Assembly: GCA_964019425.1 (NCBI GenBank)
Contig: OZ025802.1
Coordinates: 558,001-622,000 of the forward strand
Origin: Flectonema sp. DT1601
Taxonomy: Eukaryota
DNA length: 64,000 bases
Direction of reading: 5' to 3'
Shown piece after piece: positions 50,898 through 62,715 of this stretch. The notes beneath the pieces were generated by a model, which was not told the DNA's origin, did no database searches, and worked only from the letters and a program-made list of their open reading frames with translations. Each line of letters starts with the position of its first letter. Positions within the stretch are counted from its first letter, which is position 1. The translations under genes and the position numbers were made by a program.

Positions 50898-53800
50898 AAT
50901 AGAGAAGAAGCAAGCTACTTATTAGGTTGTATATAAAGCGTTGTTTGGTTTTTTTTGTTACTGGTCGCCTGTTTATCGTATCTCTGACTGGTCTCAAAAA
51001 AATGATGGTGCAGGCTGATCGTTTGACTTGCAACGGGGGGAAAAAAAAAATAGATCACTGGTTTGTGTTCAATATATGAGATTGGCAGTGTGAAAAATAA
51101 TTATTCAATTCTTTTTTTTTTTTTTTAAAGTTATACTTACTAATAAACTCCCCCCCTTATGATATTTATTGAATTTTAGTTTTTTTTTTTTTTTTTTTGG
51201 AAGAAGGGAAAACAAAAGGAAAAAAAAAAAAAAAAAAACGTTTGCAAAGCACAAACAAAAAAAAAGTAGTACTTTTTTTTTTTTTTCCTAAAAGTACACA
51301 ATATGTACTTTTTTTTTTTTCAAAAAAGGGTACTGTTAACAGGGATGAGGTGTGAAAAATGTGAATAAAATGCAAGGAGGCTCCATCACATGTGAGGAAA
51401 GAGAAATATCACATAAATTACATTACAATTTGCTATACAGTCTCGTGTCTTACAGGGTTATAAATTAATACGCCAGTAAAAACTAACCAACTCCATAAGA
51501 CGTATTCGCTGTTCTGCTCACTGTGTTGTCTGACTCGGTTTACAAAGCTGAACAAAAAAACAAACAGCTTCTTTTTTTTTTTTTTTTTTGGGATGTCAAG
51601 AAAAAAAAAAAAATAACAATAGCAAAAAAAAAAAAAAAAAAAAAAAGAAGAAGAAAAAACTCTGTGCCTGAATTAAACTTCTAATTCTGGACAAAAACGG
51701 GCCAAAAACATAATATTATTATGACATACAAACATTAAATTTAACGAACCCATCATTCATACCATTTCGTTCCACAATAATATTATATTATGTTTGGTTC
51801 GCTCACGGAAAGACTCTAAGAGACACACTGAGCTAACCGCCCTATCGATACCACTTTTGAAAATTTTTATAGAAACTCCATAAAAAAGACGGAAGGGGAG
51901 AGAGGGAGAGAGAAAATCGCTTTTTTCAAAACAGTTAACTTAATTCCAACTACAGGGAAAACAATATAAAAAAAATATATAAATATGACATAACTGCTGG
52001 TAATTTTTAGGGGGGAAAAAATGCGATGCAGGGAAACAAAAAAAAAAAAAGGGAAAGAGAATGAGAAAAAAATAATAATAATAAGGTAATATGAGAAATG
52101 ATGTGTTTCCAGTAAGGGAAAAAAATAAAATAAAATAAAAAATAGATGATGTAACGCATTTTCATTTGAAATTTAAGAAACAGACACTAAGCTAGTCAAG
52201 CATTATAACGTGTCAGATCTTTCTATAAAGTGGTAAATCTGACAGATGTTAATAACGCGAAAGATTCTAGACAAAGAAAAAGAAAAAATAAATTAGAAAC
52301 AAAAAAAAAAAAAAAATATAAAACTTATCATGACAACACAAATAAAATAAACGGTTGACACGGTTATGCTTTATCTGCCTTCAAACAACAGAGAATGCAG
52401 CTATACGGGGAGGGGGAAAATGTTGATTAATGAAAAAAGTAAAAAAAAAAAAGATCCCCTTTTCGAGGCTTATCATGTTTAGGGAGGTGGGATAGGCTGG
52501 AAGAAAAAACTCCAACACGTTCTAAAGGAGCGCAAGGATAAGAGTGTTTCTACAATACACACCGAATATTCTAAAGGGTAATGACTAGAGCCTGTCGGTT
52601 AGAATGGGGGGGGGGCAACTAATAAGAACATACAGTGTGATGAGAAACTTGACACGAATCGCATTCTGGGCCAAATGGACTCCAATTAGTGAAAACATGT
52701 CACAGGAACGAAATAGCAATAACAGAAAGGTGGAACAGTTAATGAGAAAGAAAAACCACTTGTAAAAAAAAACGGTAATAAGAGAGGAACATGCCAGTAG
52801 CAGATCGTAACTAAGGGTACCAAAATAAAAACACAACTCCTTTTTGTCAAAGAGCACAGCATGGCCGTCCGTCAGGTTCACTTTCTGCCAAAACATTAAA
52901 AACTTATGCGGCCGCAAAAATAAATATAATCTTCAACTAAGTTGCATTAAGAAAAAATATTAAAAAAAAAAAAGTAATGAATAAAATATTTAAAAATATT
53001 AAAAAAAAAACAATATTTTATTGTTAAAAACGAATGATTTTTCATATTTTTTTTTCTTTTTTTCCTCTCACAAATTTTAGTGAAATTTCTGATTGTCTAC
53101 TTCCTCTCTTATTTTCTTCAACAACTTAAACAACAACTTAACCTTTGGAGTTGACTCCGATATTAGTTGTTTTTTTTTTTTTTTTTTCTCTCATCGTTCG
53201 AAAACACCGAAATACATGAAAGGAAGTGACCAGGAAGAATAATAAAAGAAACGATAAAAAACTAAATAAACGCAAGAGCGTAAATAACGGATTGGAAAAC
53301 AACTGGCGGGCAGACCATATCCGAACATTGTGACGGTGATGTACTTTTGTGCAGTAATCACTAAGGTATAAGTATAAAATCTGAAAGAATCAAAATAAAG
53401 GAAAGGTACTGAATGTTGAACAAAGAAACGTAAACTACCAATCACATATCAGAAAGAATATGTGTGGGAATGATACCCGTTTTCCCCTCCCTTTTTTTTT
53501 TTTTTTTTTCTTCTCCCGATTGGATGAAAGGCAAGTATAACCGATGCTTGTGAAAGGAAAAATTGCTACTATTTTTTTTTTTTTTTTTTTTTGAGGCAAG
53601 AGCACCCTTTTTGGCAAATACTGAAGGAAAACAAAGCTGACCAGCTTCTAAATATTCGCTTCATGGCTCCGCATCACAGAAAAGAAAAATATTCGCAGAT
53701 GCTTAGGTTGTGAAACCTTGCTGTTTTATTCATAGCAGGGAAAAAAAAAAAAAAAGATGAATTGAAACACAGTTTCCAGTGTCACTATCCAACAGAAAAG

Positions 53801-55479
53801 AGCTATTTTTAATTTTTGCAAAAAGCATACAACTTTTCTTTTTACTGTGAAAAAAAAAGAAGAAAAAAAATTTCCCTCTCTTCTTTTTATTTTTGACTTC
53901 GTAAAAAACTGAGTCAGAAAAAAAAAGAAAAAAAAAAAGAAAAAAAGGAAAATCGAAATCGAAATCGAAATACATAGCATTGTTCACATTATACACAACC
54001 ATCGTGTACCAATCTTTATAAATAAATAAAGGGAAGAAGAATAAAGGGAAAAAAAAAAGGGGAGGAAAAGGGACAATTTTGTTATTTCAATTATCAGGTA
54101 TGCCTAATGAATAACGAATAACAGAAAACACTCTCTTGTAATTTGTCGCCATCCAGAAGTGATCGAAAAAAGACACAAAGCACAGATGACCTAGTTTTCC
54201 GTACTAATTATGTAGTTTTGTGTCACAGCCAGGTAATGTTTTTCCCCTCCCCTCCAAAAAGAAATTTGGACAAAAAAAAAAAAAACAGCAACAAAAAAAC
54301 CGGAAAAGTATTACGACGGCAGAACGTCACAAGGAAAGTGATTCGTTTGTACCGAAGCTATTTGGAAATATAGAAAAAAAAAATGTTTTTTTTTAAAAAA
54401 AGAAGGGAGAAAAAATAAATAAATGTAAAACTACTGCAACAGAAATTATGCACGTGAGCCTAAATAATTATTCCTTTCACGGCCCTAAAAGAAATTATAG
54501 CCAACGTTTAAACGCGTAAAGTTCTTTTTTTTTTTTTTTTTTTTTTTGCGTATCGATTAAGAAGGAACGGACGCGTATAGAAAAGGCTACAACACATCTT
54601 TTGGGGGAGAAGGGAGAGGTGAACAAAAAAAAAAAAAAAATGAAAAAAGAAAAAAGAATAAAATAACAAAACAAAAACAATATAAAAAGAAATAGAGATC
54701 ACTAGGGTTAAAAAATAATTATAACCAACATGTCCTTTTTCGTGTGTAGGATGATAAGTTTTTTTTTTTTTTTTTTTTTTCCCCGATTCTCCAAAAAAAA
54801 AATCAGGTTACGTTTGCCACATATACTCAGAAACAATCACAATCACACACTTAACGCTGCTGTTCCTCAGTTTTAAAGTAGTAACTTAAACCGTGTGAAA
54901 TATGATGAAGGCTGAACAACCACTGTAAAATAGTACAATCACGTCTTTGAGCGAAATGGCACTCACTCAGATGGTGAAAAGGAAAGATTTACAGCGGCCA
55001 CCGCCTATTGGGTCAGAACACAAACCCCATGATGACTGAATATTTTTTAAAATGTAGCTATTTTGATTCACTTATTTTGTAATTTTTTATTTTTAAAGAA
55101 AACGTTTTTTTTTTTATTTTTATTTTTTTTTCGTTCTTTATTCCTACACAAAACCCATTATTAAAAAATCAAAAAGAATGCAAGGGTAGTGAATGGAAAA
55201 AAAAAAAAAAAAGGGGGAAGGAAAGGAAAGGAAAACAGAATGAACAAACATATTTTCATTTCTTTTTTCCATGAATGTTAAGAAAAAATGTTATGAGAAA
55301 AATCTTTTTTTTTTTTTTTTAAAATAAAAAGGCGTAATAAATAATAAATAGTGGATACCACCGTAGGTCGAGTCTCCGTAATTCTCGCTTTAGCAGCTCA
55401 GTCTAATGCTTGAGCATCGTTGGTCTTCCGTGAAAGAAGAACGTTACTGTTGACATATCATGTTGTACGACATGTCACA

Positions 55480-56439
55480 TTAGTTTCTGCTCTTTGGATT
55501 CCATTCAGTGTTGGCAAAGCTTGCGCAGAGAGTTGAAGCAACCCCATCGTGAGTCCAGACGTATCCCTCAAGTCGCTCAACTGCAGCTCTGGCCTGTTCA
55601 TGGGTGTTGAACCCAACAAAGGCAAACGAAGTCTTCGAATCTGTTGGTGGTGTGTACCTCATTCCAGCAACATGACCTGCAAAGTTAGTCGCAATCAACG
55701 CATCAAAGAGCTCTTTAGAAACCGTCGAAGGCGCTCCAGTTACATAAACAGTTCTCGGGTTAGTAGGCATTGACTTCAATCTGCGAGTTACACTTGCTGG
55801 TGAAGCACATGAAGTAGTGAACCAATCTGGTGTGTTCTTTCTTGATAATTCAGTCTTCAACTTAACTGGATCAGCTGGGTCGAATTGAAAGCCTTCAAGC
55901 TTTTGGGCAGCCGCTTCAGCAGTTTCAAGAGATTCAAAATTAACGAATCCGTATGGACGTTTACCATTGTCCTTCTTAACAACCATACTCTTATCGTATC
56001 CCTTACAAACTCCGAAAAGAAGGTAAAGCTCTCTGTCGGATGCATCATAAGGGAGACCAGCAACAAAGAGTGTTTTAATAGCCATTTCAGACCCTCCAGT
56101 AGAACCAGAATCTACTGAAGGACCTGACTCAGCAGGAAGTGACTCTGTCGTAGTAGCAACAGGTGAAGGAGCAATTGTGTTGAGAGGTTGAACTTCATGA
56201 ACGAATGGCTGCTGTGGTTGATAAGGGTATTGTTGCGGGTGCTGCATTTGTGGAGCCATCTGTGTCGGGTGCTGCTGAGGAATCTGAACCATAAGCGGCT
56301 GACCAACTGGAATCTGCTGCTGCGGTGCAGGAGGAACCTGAACTGCTGCTTGAACAAACCCACCTCCCTGTTGAAAAGGAACACTCATCCCTGCGGACAT
56401 TGGCTGAGAAGGAATCTGGTGAATTTGATGGTATGTCAT
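55480..56439 (-). CDS. RBPMS/couch-potato-like two-RRM RNA-binding protein with Q/P-rich N-terminus, 319 aa
   Basis: KTLFVAGLPYDASDRELYLLF...YGFVNF...GFQFDP...LKTELSRKNT is a typical RBPMS-type RRM. Second RRM: RTVYVTG...FAFVGF. Confidence 0.88.
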   Translation of the reverse strand: MTYHQIHQIPSQPMSAGMSVPFQQGGGFVQAAVQVPPAPQQQIPVGQPLMVQIPQQHPTQMAPQMQHPQQYPYQPQQPFVHEVQPLNTIAPSPVATTTESLPAESGPSVDSGSTGGSEMAIKTLFVAGLPYDASDRELYLLFGVCKGYDKSMVVKKDNGKRPYGFVNFESLETAEAAAQKLEGFQFDPADPVKLKTELSRKNTPDWFTTSCASPASVTRRLKSMPTNPRTVYVTGAPSTVSKELFDALIATNFAGHVAGMRYTPPTDSKTSFAFVGFNTHEQARAAVERLEGYVWTHDGVASTLCASFANTEWNPKSRN

Positions 56440-56793
56440 GGTTTGTTGAATTTGTAAATGTGAGCTGCGTAAAGAGTGAAAAAAAAATACTTTTTAACTT
56501 TAAGTCAACAATAAACCAAATTTAACCCAAAACGCCTATCAGTGTGTCAACACTCGCTTCACGAACTGAGTACTCAACAGAATTAACAAATATTTCACCT
56601 TCTTAACTGACGACACATTAAGTAGGTGACTACTACTGGGTTACCACGTGCACGAGTGAAACAATAAAATATGGGAGTAAAGACGACGCTTTGGGTCGCA
56701 CAATAATTCTGATTCACAATCGAAAAAAAAGAATCTGTCCACCCAACTACATCAAATAGCATGGCAGAGGGTGGAGGGGAGGCTGATGGTTTT

Positions 56794-57108
56794 TTAACAA
56801 AAGAACGGACCCTCACTCACAATCTTAGTACTCTCACAAGCAGAACAATGAAGCGTCAGTCGCCACATATCATTTACCGTATCAGTTCTTTCTTCTGCAC
56901 CGATATGTTGGCAGGTGGTGCCTAAGTATTCCAATACAGTTTTCATTATATCATTTGGTATGTGAGTCTTCTCAAAACTACAAACCCACAGCAGCGGACT
57001 TAGTTCTGGAGTTCGTTTCCATACCAAGTGATCCCGTTTATGAGGATGTTTGGCTTCTATTTCACGTAACTGTGAGGAGATCGACTTCACTGATTTACGA
57101 CATGTCAT
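56794..57108 (-). CDS. Small hypothetical protein (~104 aa; F-box-like IPNDIMKTVLEYL and a CxxC)
   Basis: Open, normal-complexity frame on the gene-bearing strand. ATG at 57108 is preceded by TTTCAG. No firm family match. Confidence 0.4.
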   Translation of the reverse strand: MTCRKSVKSISSQLREIEAKHPHKRDHLVWKRTPELSPLLWVCSFEKTHIPNDIMKTVLEYLGTTCQHIGAEERTDTVNDMWRLTLHCSACESTKIVSEGPFFC

Positions 57109-57731
57109 CTCTGAAAGGCAATGTAAAGAAGCAATAACCATCATCCGAAAGGAAAAATGGGCTTCAATATATCAACAGAATCGTCATCCCCCCCCCCCCC
57201 TCCATTAGTATTCGGCTGTATTAGAGAGAAATGTATTTATTCTGTAGTACTATCAATACGGTATTTTTTTCTATGAAACAGTCGCCCCCAAAAAGAAAAC
57301 ATGAAAATCACTTATGAACGAATAACACCACTCGCGCAGGAAAAAAAAAAAGAATATTTTGTAGACGTGGTTTCTTTTTATTTTTTTTATCTTTTTTTTT
57401 TTAAAATACTTTTTTTCCTTTTTTCGACCTTCTTGGTAATAATAAAAAAAAAGACCAAAAAAGCATTTTCTTTTACTTCTTCGCTGTACTATGTATATTT
57501 TTTTTTTGCCTTCAAAAAGGGCAAAAACAAAACTAGAAATAACGGTAGTTAACAAGGTTAAAAAGAAAGAACAAAAAAGAACATCAATTTGCCGTAATCA
57601 GCTAAAGGCGAAAAATTCGGAAGGAAAAAAAAAAAATAAACAAAAAGAAATTTAACTCCATTTCCCCTGATAAAAAGAAAAAGCCTGGTACGTCTTCATA
57701 CCGAAAAGTGAGGGGAAATAGTATTACAATT

Positions 57732-58913
57732 TTAGATGGCTTCAAGGATGACAGCGATACCCTGTCCTCCACCGATGCAGGCGGAACCAACAGCGTACTT
57801 AACACCACGTTGCTTCATAGAGTAGACCAAGTGAGTAACAATTCTGGCACCACTGGCACCAAGAGGATGTCCAACAGCAATGGCTCCACCGTTGATGTTG
57901 AACTTATCCATATCGATACCGAGTTCCTTCTGCACAGCGAGGGCTTGTGGAGCGAAGGCTTCGTTAACTTCAAAGAGACCAATGTCAGACATGGACATTT
58001 CACAACGTTCAAGAGCTAATCTAATAGCTGGAACTGGTCCAATTCCCATAACCTTTGGATCACATCCTGCTACTCCAAAACCAATAACTCTCGCTAATGG
58101 TCTCTCAACCTTAGCGCTGTTAGCGAGAACAATAGCTGCGGCACCATCACAGATTCCAGATGCGGCACCAGGATGGATAACTCCATCCTTCTTAAAGATT
58201 CTTGGGAGCTTGGCAAAGTCCTCAGCCTTAGTACTTGCTCTACCGTGTTCGTCAGCAGAAAACTCAATCACCTTGCGACCCTTCTTTACTTCAGAGACAG
58301 TGATCTCATCGTTGAAAACTCCTCTCTGCTGAGCATCTCCGTGCAAGTTCTGGGAACGAGCAGCGAAGTTGTCAACTTCCTCCTGGGTGATGTTGTACTG
58401 CTCTGCAAGGTTTTCAGCAGTTAGACCCATTGGCATACCAATGTAGGTGTCAGTGAGACCATCCCAAAGGGAGTCGACAAGCTTTCCCTTTCCAAGAGCA
58501 AGTCCATCACGTGCTCCATAGATGCAGTGAGGAGCTTGAGACATGTTTTCGGTACCTCCAGTGAGAACGGTTTCCGCCTCGTTGGTCTCAATAAGCTTGG
58601 CACCCTGAACAACTGCCTCAAATCCAGATCCACAAAGTCTGTTGACAGTCAGTGCAGGGGCTTCAATTCTCATTCCTGACTTTAAACCGATGTGTCTGGA
58701 AAGGTACAGAGCATCAACTGATGTCTGTGAAACACTTCCAAAAACAATCTGATCAATCTTATCAGCGGACACCTCACTTTGTTCAATCGCTGCCTTTGAT
58801 GCAATCACACCTAAATCAGTTGCAGTCACACTCTTTAGAGATCCTCCGAAGGTTCCAAATGCAGTTCTCTTTGCTCCAATGACAACGACATCCTTAAATT
58901 TACCAGAGGCCAT
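57732..58913 (-). CDS. 3-ketoacyl-CoA thiolase / acetyl-CoA acyltransferase (ACAA2-like), 393 aa
   Basis: TVNRLCGSG (catalytic Cys), NEAFA, GHPLGASG, CIGGGQG. Confidence 0.95.
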   Translation of the reverse strand: MASGKFKDVVVIGAKRTAFGTFGGSLKSVTATDLGVIASKAAIEQSEVSADKIDQIVFGSVSQTSVDALYLSRHIGLKSGMRIEAPALTVNRLCGSGFEAVVQGAKLIETNEAETVLTGGTENMSQAPHCIYGARDGLALGKGKLVDSLWDGLTDTYIGMPMGLTAENLAEQYNITQEEVDNFAARSQNLHGDAQQRGVFNDEITVSEVKKGRKVIEFSADEHGRASTKAEDFAKLPRIFKKDGVIHPGAASGICDGAAAIVLANSAKVERPLARVIGFGVAGCDPKVMGIGPVPAIRLALERCEMSMSDIGLFEVNEAFAPQALAVQKELGIDMDKFNINGGAIAVGHPLGASGARIVTHLVYSMKQRGVKYAVGSACIGGGQGIAVILEAI

Positions 58914-59062
58914 AATTAGTGTTTAGTTTAAGTTTTTTTTTCTCTGAAAGTATGATTTATAAAGAACACGGGAAGAAAAAAAAAATAACTGCATTCCGAT
59001 ACCAGATTATGACAGCATCTGATAAAGTGATAACGAGGCCATTTTTTTGTGGCGTCGTGGCT

Positions 59063-60277
59063 CTACTTCGCTTCGAATAACTCATCAGTGTTGGATATGT
59101 ATTTATTAGCCCATTCAGGTATGTCAGAAATGACATCAAGACTCACAGAAGGAATTATATATCTCAATGCGTGAAGATGAATAGAGGGTTCTAACGTCGG
59201 AATTGGACGTGTATTTTCACCCTCAAGTACCCGTTTAACCCATTGACACTTTGGACACCATTCTTGAAAACTTTCCTTTAAAATCAATCTCAACGCTCCG
59301 TCATCAGAATCTTTATACAATTCAGGTTGCAGTAAACTATCCTTCACTGGTGATGCTCCGTAAATCATATCTCCAACTATTGGGAATCCCATGGAACTGA
59401 GGTGGACTCTGATTTGGTGTCGATGACCAGTTTCTGGAGATGCCAATAGAAGAGTCGTCCCATCTTCAAGTGTTTTTATTGTTTTAAATGAGGTATTAGC
59501 TGATTTAATATTATCAGTTTCCTTTATAATGTAGTCAGGAGGATGAGATACCGCTTTGTTCAATTTTGAATCCCAAGAAATTCTCAGATCACACGTAACT
59601 TTATTATCTGAAGTTGGAGGTAATCTACCATGAATACGAACCAAATACCACTTCTTAGCTAGTCTGTTTCTTAAATCATTCATAGCCAACCTAACGTGTT
59701 TTCCACCACGTGCTAATATAAGGATACCTGAAACAGGAGCATCGAGCCTATGAACAGGATGTAATTTACGTGAAGCTCCTGGCCTTAATTGAGGAGACAG
59801 TTCATGGATTGCGATGTCAATTATGTTATTAATACCGCCTTGAGAATCTACGCAAGGGATACCTGCTGGTTTATTTATTATAATAAAGTTACCAGTGTCT
59901 TTTATAAGAGTGGGTTGTGTTCCAGATACAACTCTTTCGTGGACGTGTTTATTCATTCTGATTTTGTCTTGTTCTTTTACTGTAAAAGTTTCTTCAGGGA
60001 CATTCTCAAAGTCGGATGTAAAAGGCCCATCGTCTTCTTTGTGAGTTTTTCGTCTTTTCAGTGATATCCTACCTCCCTCTACTTCTCCTTGCCAGTGTCT
60101 CTTTGATTCATCTAAATCCTGCATGCCTCTTTGCAATCGGAATGTCTCTCCAAGAACTTGTGAGATTTCCTTCCCGCTGTGATCTCCCTTCACAGAATAC
60201 GTCTGGTTTGAGATATATGGAACGACATATCTCAATCCATTCACAGTCACATACTCTGATGGTCTGTACTTCAACAT
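59063..60277 (-). CDS. RluA-family RNA pseudouridine synthase (RPUSD2-like), ~404 aa
   Basis: NGLRYVVPY, INKPAGIP, HRLDAPVSG (catalytic Asp), TGHRHQIRVHL, GFPIVGDMIYG, HLHA. Confidence 0.92.
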   Translation of the reverse strand: MLKYRPSEYVTVNGLRYVVPYISNQTYSVKGDHSGKEISQVLGETFRLQRGMQDLDESKRHWQGEVEGGRISLKRRKTHKEDDGPFTSDFENVPEETFTVKEQDKIRMNKHVHERVVSGTQPTLIKDTGNFIIINKPAGIPCVDSQGGINNIIDIAIHELSPQLRPGASRKLHPVHRLDAPVSGILILARGGKHVRLAMNDLRNRLAKKWYLVRIHGRLPPTSDNKVTCDLRISWDSKLNKAVSHPPDYIIKETDNIKSANTSFKTIKTLEDGTTLLLASPETGHRHQIRVHLSSMGFPIVGDMIYGASPVKDSLLQPELYKDSDDGALRLILKESFQEWCPKCQWVKRVLEGENTRPIPTLEPSIHLHALRYIIPSVSLDVISDIPEWANKYISNTDELFEAK

Positions 60278-60705
60278 CACACACTAAATAATTAGCTGCA
60301 ATTATAAAAGAAGAATGATAACACAACAAGTAAATTAGAACCGACTAATTACATTCACAGAACCAAACTCATCATCAGAAGTAGTCAAGTGAAATACCTA
60401 TAAAACAAATTGAATCATAGAGTATACAATACTCAATAGGTTTATTAATCTCTATATCTCATTTTCATCTCTCTCGAATTAGTTCTTAACGACAGTAAGA
60501 ACATAAAAGTTAGTAACAGAGGTTAGATATAATGATTAGTAGTCAGTTAGCGTGATCATCATAAAAAATAAATAATATAATCAAATCAATGACGAAGTCA
60601 GTTAGAATATAATTTTGTTTGCTATCATCTCTAAGACTGTAGTGTCTGAGATCACAACAGGAAAGTGTAATGAAATTTTTTTTTTAAAAAGTTTTATAAG
60701 ACGGG

Positions 60706-61887
60706 CTACATATCACCCAACACAGTGTATAACACGACGGCTAATACCTCTCGTATGGTCTCTCTTAAGAAATCAGTGGCCCAATCGTGGTGTCGCTTTG
60801 GAGGTTTAACTCCAATAGACCTGACTATGATGTCTGAACCTTCAGAGAAAGCAGAACAGGACTTTAGAATTCTAAAAGACTCGATTGGTGATGTATTCCC
60901 TTCTAGTGTCGCAGTGGTAATATGAGGTGGTCCAAAGTAATCCCAATCATCTTCACGAGAAGAGTCTTTCCAATCAAGGAGGAGAAGAACTTCCTTATCG
61001 GGTTGGATTGTTTTATCACCCAAACTTAGACGGATAGTTTGCATGTTATTGTTCTTCATGTTCAGTTTATAATCAGATAGTGAAAGTAGTTTGTTACTCG
61101 TAATGATTACTCCGCATACTTTTGTCGAAATTGAAAGGTCGACAGCCCAGCTGAATTCGTCAATTTTATCATATCTTTGATAGTAATCGTATTTTGGACA
61201 GCTTCGAACAATCGTCGGCAACCAAACCCCATTACGTAATGTGATTGTCGGCCGTGGTAAACTTTCACTTATTAAGCTTCCACCTATTCCACTTATTATG
61301 AAATTACGACTAACGAACTCATTCATTGCCGCTATCTTTCTGAACACACCAACAGCACGAGTTTGATGATACAAATTAGTAGTTATCATTATTCTTTTTA
61401 TCTTATTAAATTTTTCATCATTCATTAATAATCGAAGTGAGTAAATAGCATTCTCCTTCGTACTAGTGCTGCCAAATTCTTGAAACGTCGGAATATCTGA
61501 ATCATAACATCGAGATAGAAATTGATACATCGAAGAAGCTTCGGAATTTCCGTGTATTTTCCAGTTTAACGGATAGCCTCCTGAAACTATTATATATTTA
61601 GCAGCTTCGTATTCTTTTACTATGTCATATGCTGTGTGTATTCTCTGTTCTAACATTTCTGTTGGGGTCCCGTCACTTCGAAGTTTATATCCGAGTATGA
61701 TGACAACGGTTTCTTCTGATCTAATCCCCTTTATGTATAAACTCTCTGTATTATCTGATAATAAATGTTCCAACCAACTTGCTACGAATCCTTTCTGCAA
61801 CGGTGCGAAATTCTTCCGAAGAATACATCCACTGAGGATTGCTAGCAAGACAACAACGCATGAGAGAGGTTTTATAATTTGATTCAT
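60706..61887 (-). CDS. DUF218 / YdcF-ElyC-SanA family protein with N-terminal TM, 393 aa
   Basis: VIILG...MLEQRI..A, IIVSGG, SEASSM, STSTKENA, ITTNLYHQTRA, C-terminal REVLAVV. Confidence 0.85.
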   Translation of the reverse strand: MNQIIKPLSCVVVLLAILSGCILRKNFAPLQKGFVASWLEHLLSDNTESLYIKGIRSEETVVIILGYKLRSDGTPTEMLEQRIHTAYDIVKEYEAAKYIIVSGGYPLNWKIHGNSEASSMYQFLSRCYDSDIPTFQEFGSTSTKENAIYSLRLLMNDEKFNKIKRIMITTNLYHQTRAVGVFRKIAAMNEFVSRNFIISGIGGSLISESLPRPTITLRNGVWLPTIVRSCPKYDYYQRYDKIDEFSWAVDLSISTKVCGVIITSNKLLSLSDYKLNMKNNNMQTIRLSLGDKTIQPDKEVLLLLDWKDSSREDDWDYFGPPHITTATLEGNTSPIESFRILKSCSAFSEGSDIIVRSIGVKPPKRHHDWATDFLRETIREVLAVVLYTVLGDM

Positions 61888-62069
61888 ATTCTGGAAAAAC
61901 TGAATGTGTTTATGTTCCGCTCATTTCTCCCCCCCTTTTTTTTTTTTTTTGATCTGTTTATAAAAGAAAATAGGTTACTTGACTGTATGCGATTATTAAC
62001 TTCAAAAAAGAGAAATTGAGTAACGTGCACCCAAAGAAGAGGTAAGTTTTTTTTTCACAAAAAAAAAAA

Positions 62070-62104
<35 letters not shown>

Positions 62105-62715
62105 TATCAATCGATACGAATATTTCACATCAGCAAAAGTGTGTATTAAGATGTAGTGTGATTACTTCTAACAGTTTAAAACTTCATCAAGATACCGTCT
62201 TGTTTAGATTGTATTAGTTGTATTGAACAAAGACGGTTAACTAGATTCAAAACCAGGGAATTTATGCTTACAGCCAATACCGTAAGCTTCTCACTAGCTA
62301 TCTAATTAAGATATCACTTTTTTTTTTTTTTGTGTGTTTCTTTTTTTTTTTGTTAGAAAAACCTCAGCCATAACGTAAGTGAAATTGGTACTATCCAGAA
62401 AAAAACGTTTTTATTCCAATGCTCTGTAAACCGCGTCTTTGACTTACGTGTCTAAACGTCTACTGTATTATTTAAAGTTGCTTTGGTTGTATTGAATAAG
62501 ACGGTTGATTAGGCCTCAGCCATAACGTGAAAAGGTATACCGCAGTGGTTGTATTTGTAAAATTGGCCTGACAATGAGATTTAAAAATGATTTCCTTGTT
62601 GACCTTAAAATCCACTGCTTCCCTTTTTTTTTTAAAGAGAATTTTTAAAAAAATATATACTTCTTCCTTGTTTGCAACCTGATGGGAACTTCCAGATAAT
62701 ACTCCAGTTGTATTC

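Noticed and set aside
40800..54702. Many 60-110 aa ORFs rich in F/K runs
   Set aside because: Translations of poly-A/T tracts with no domain signal.
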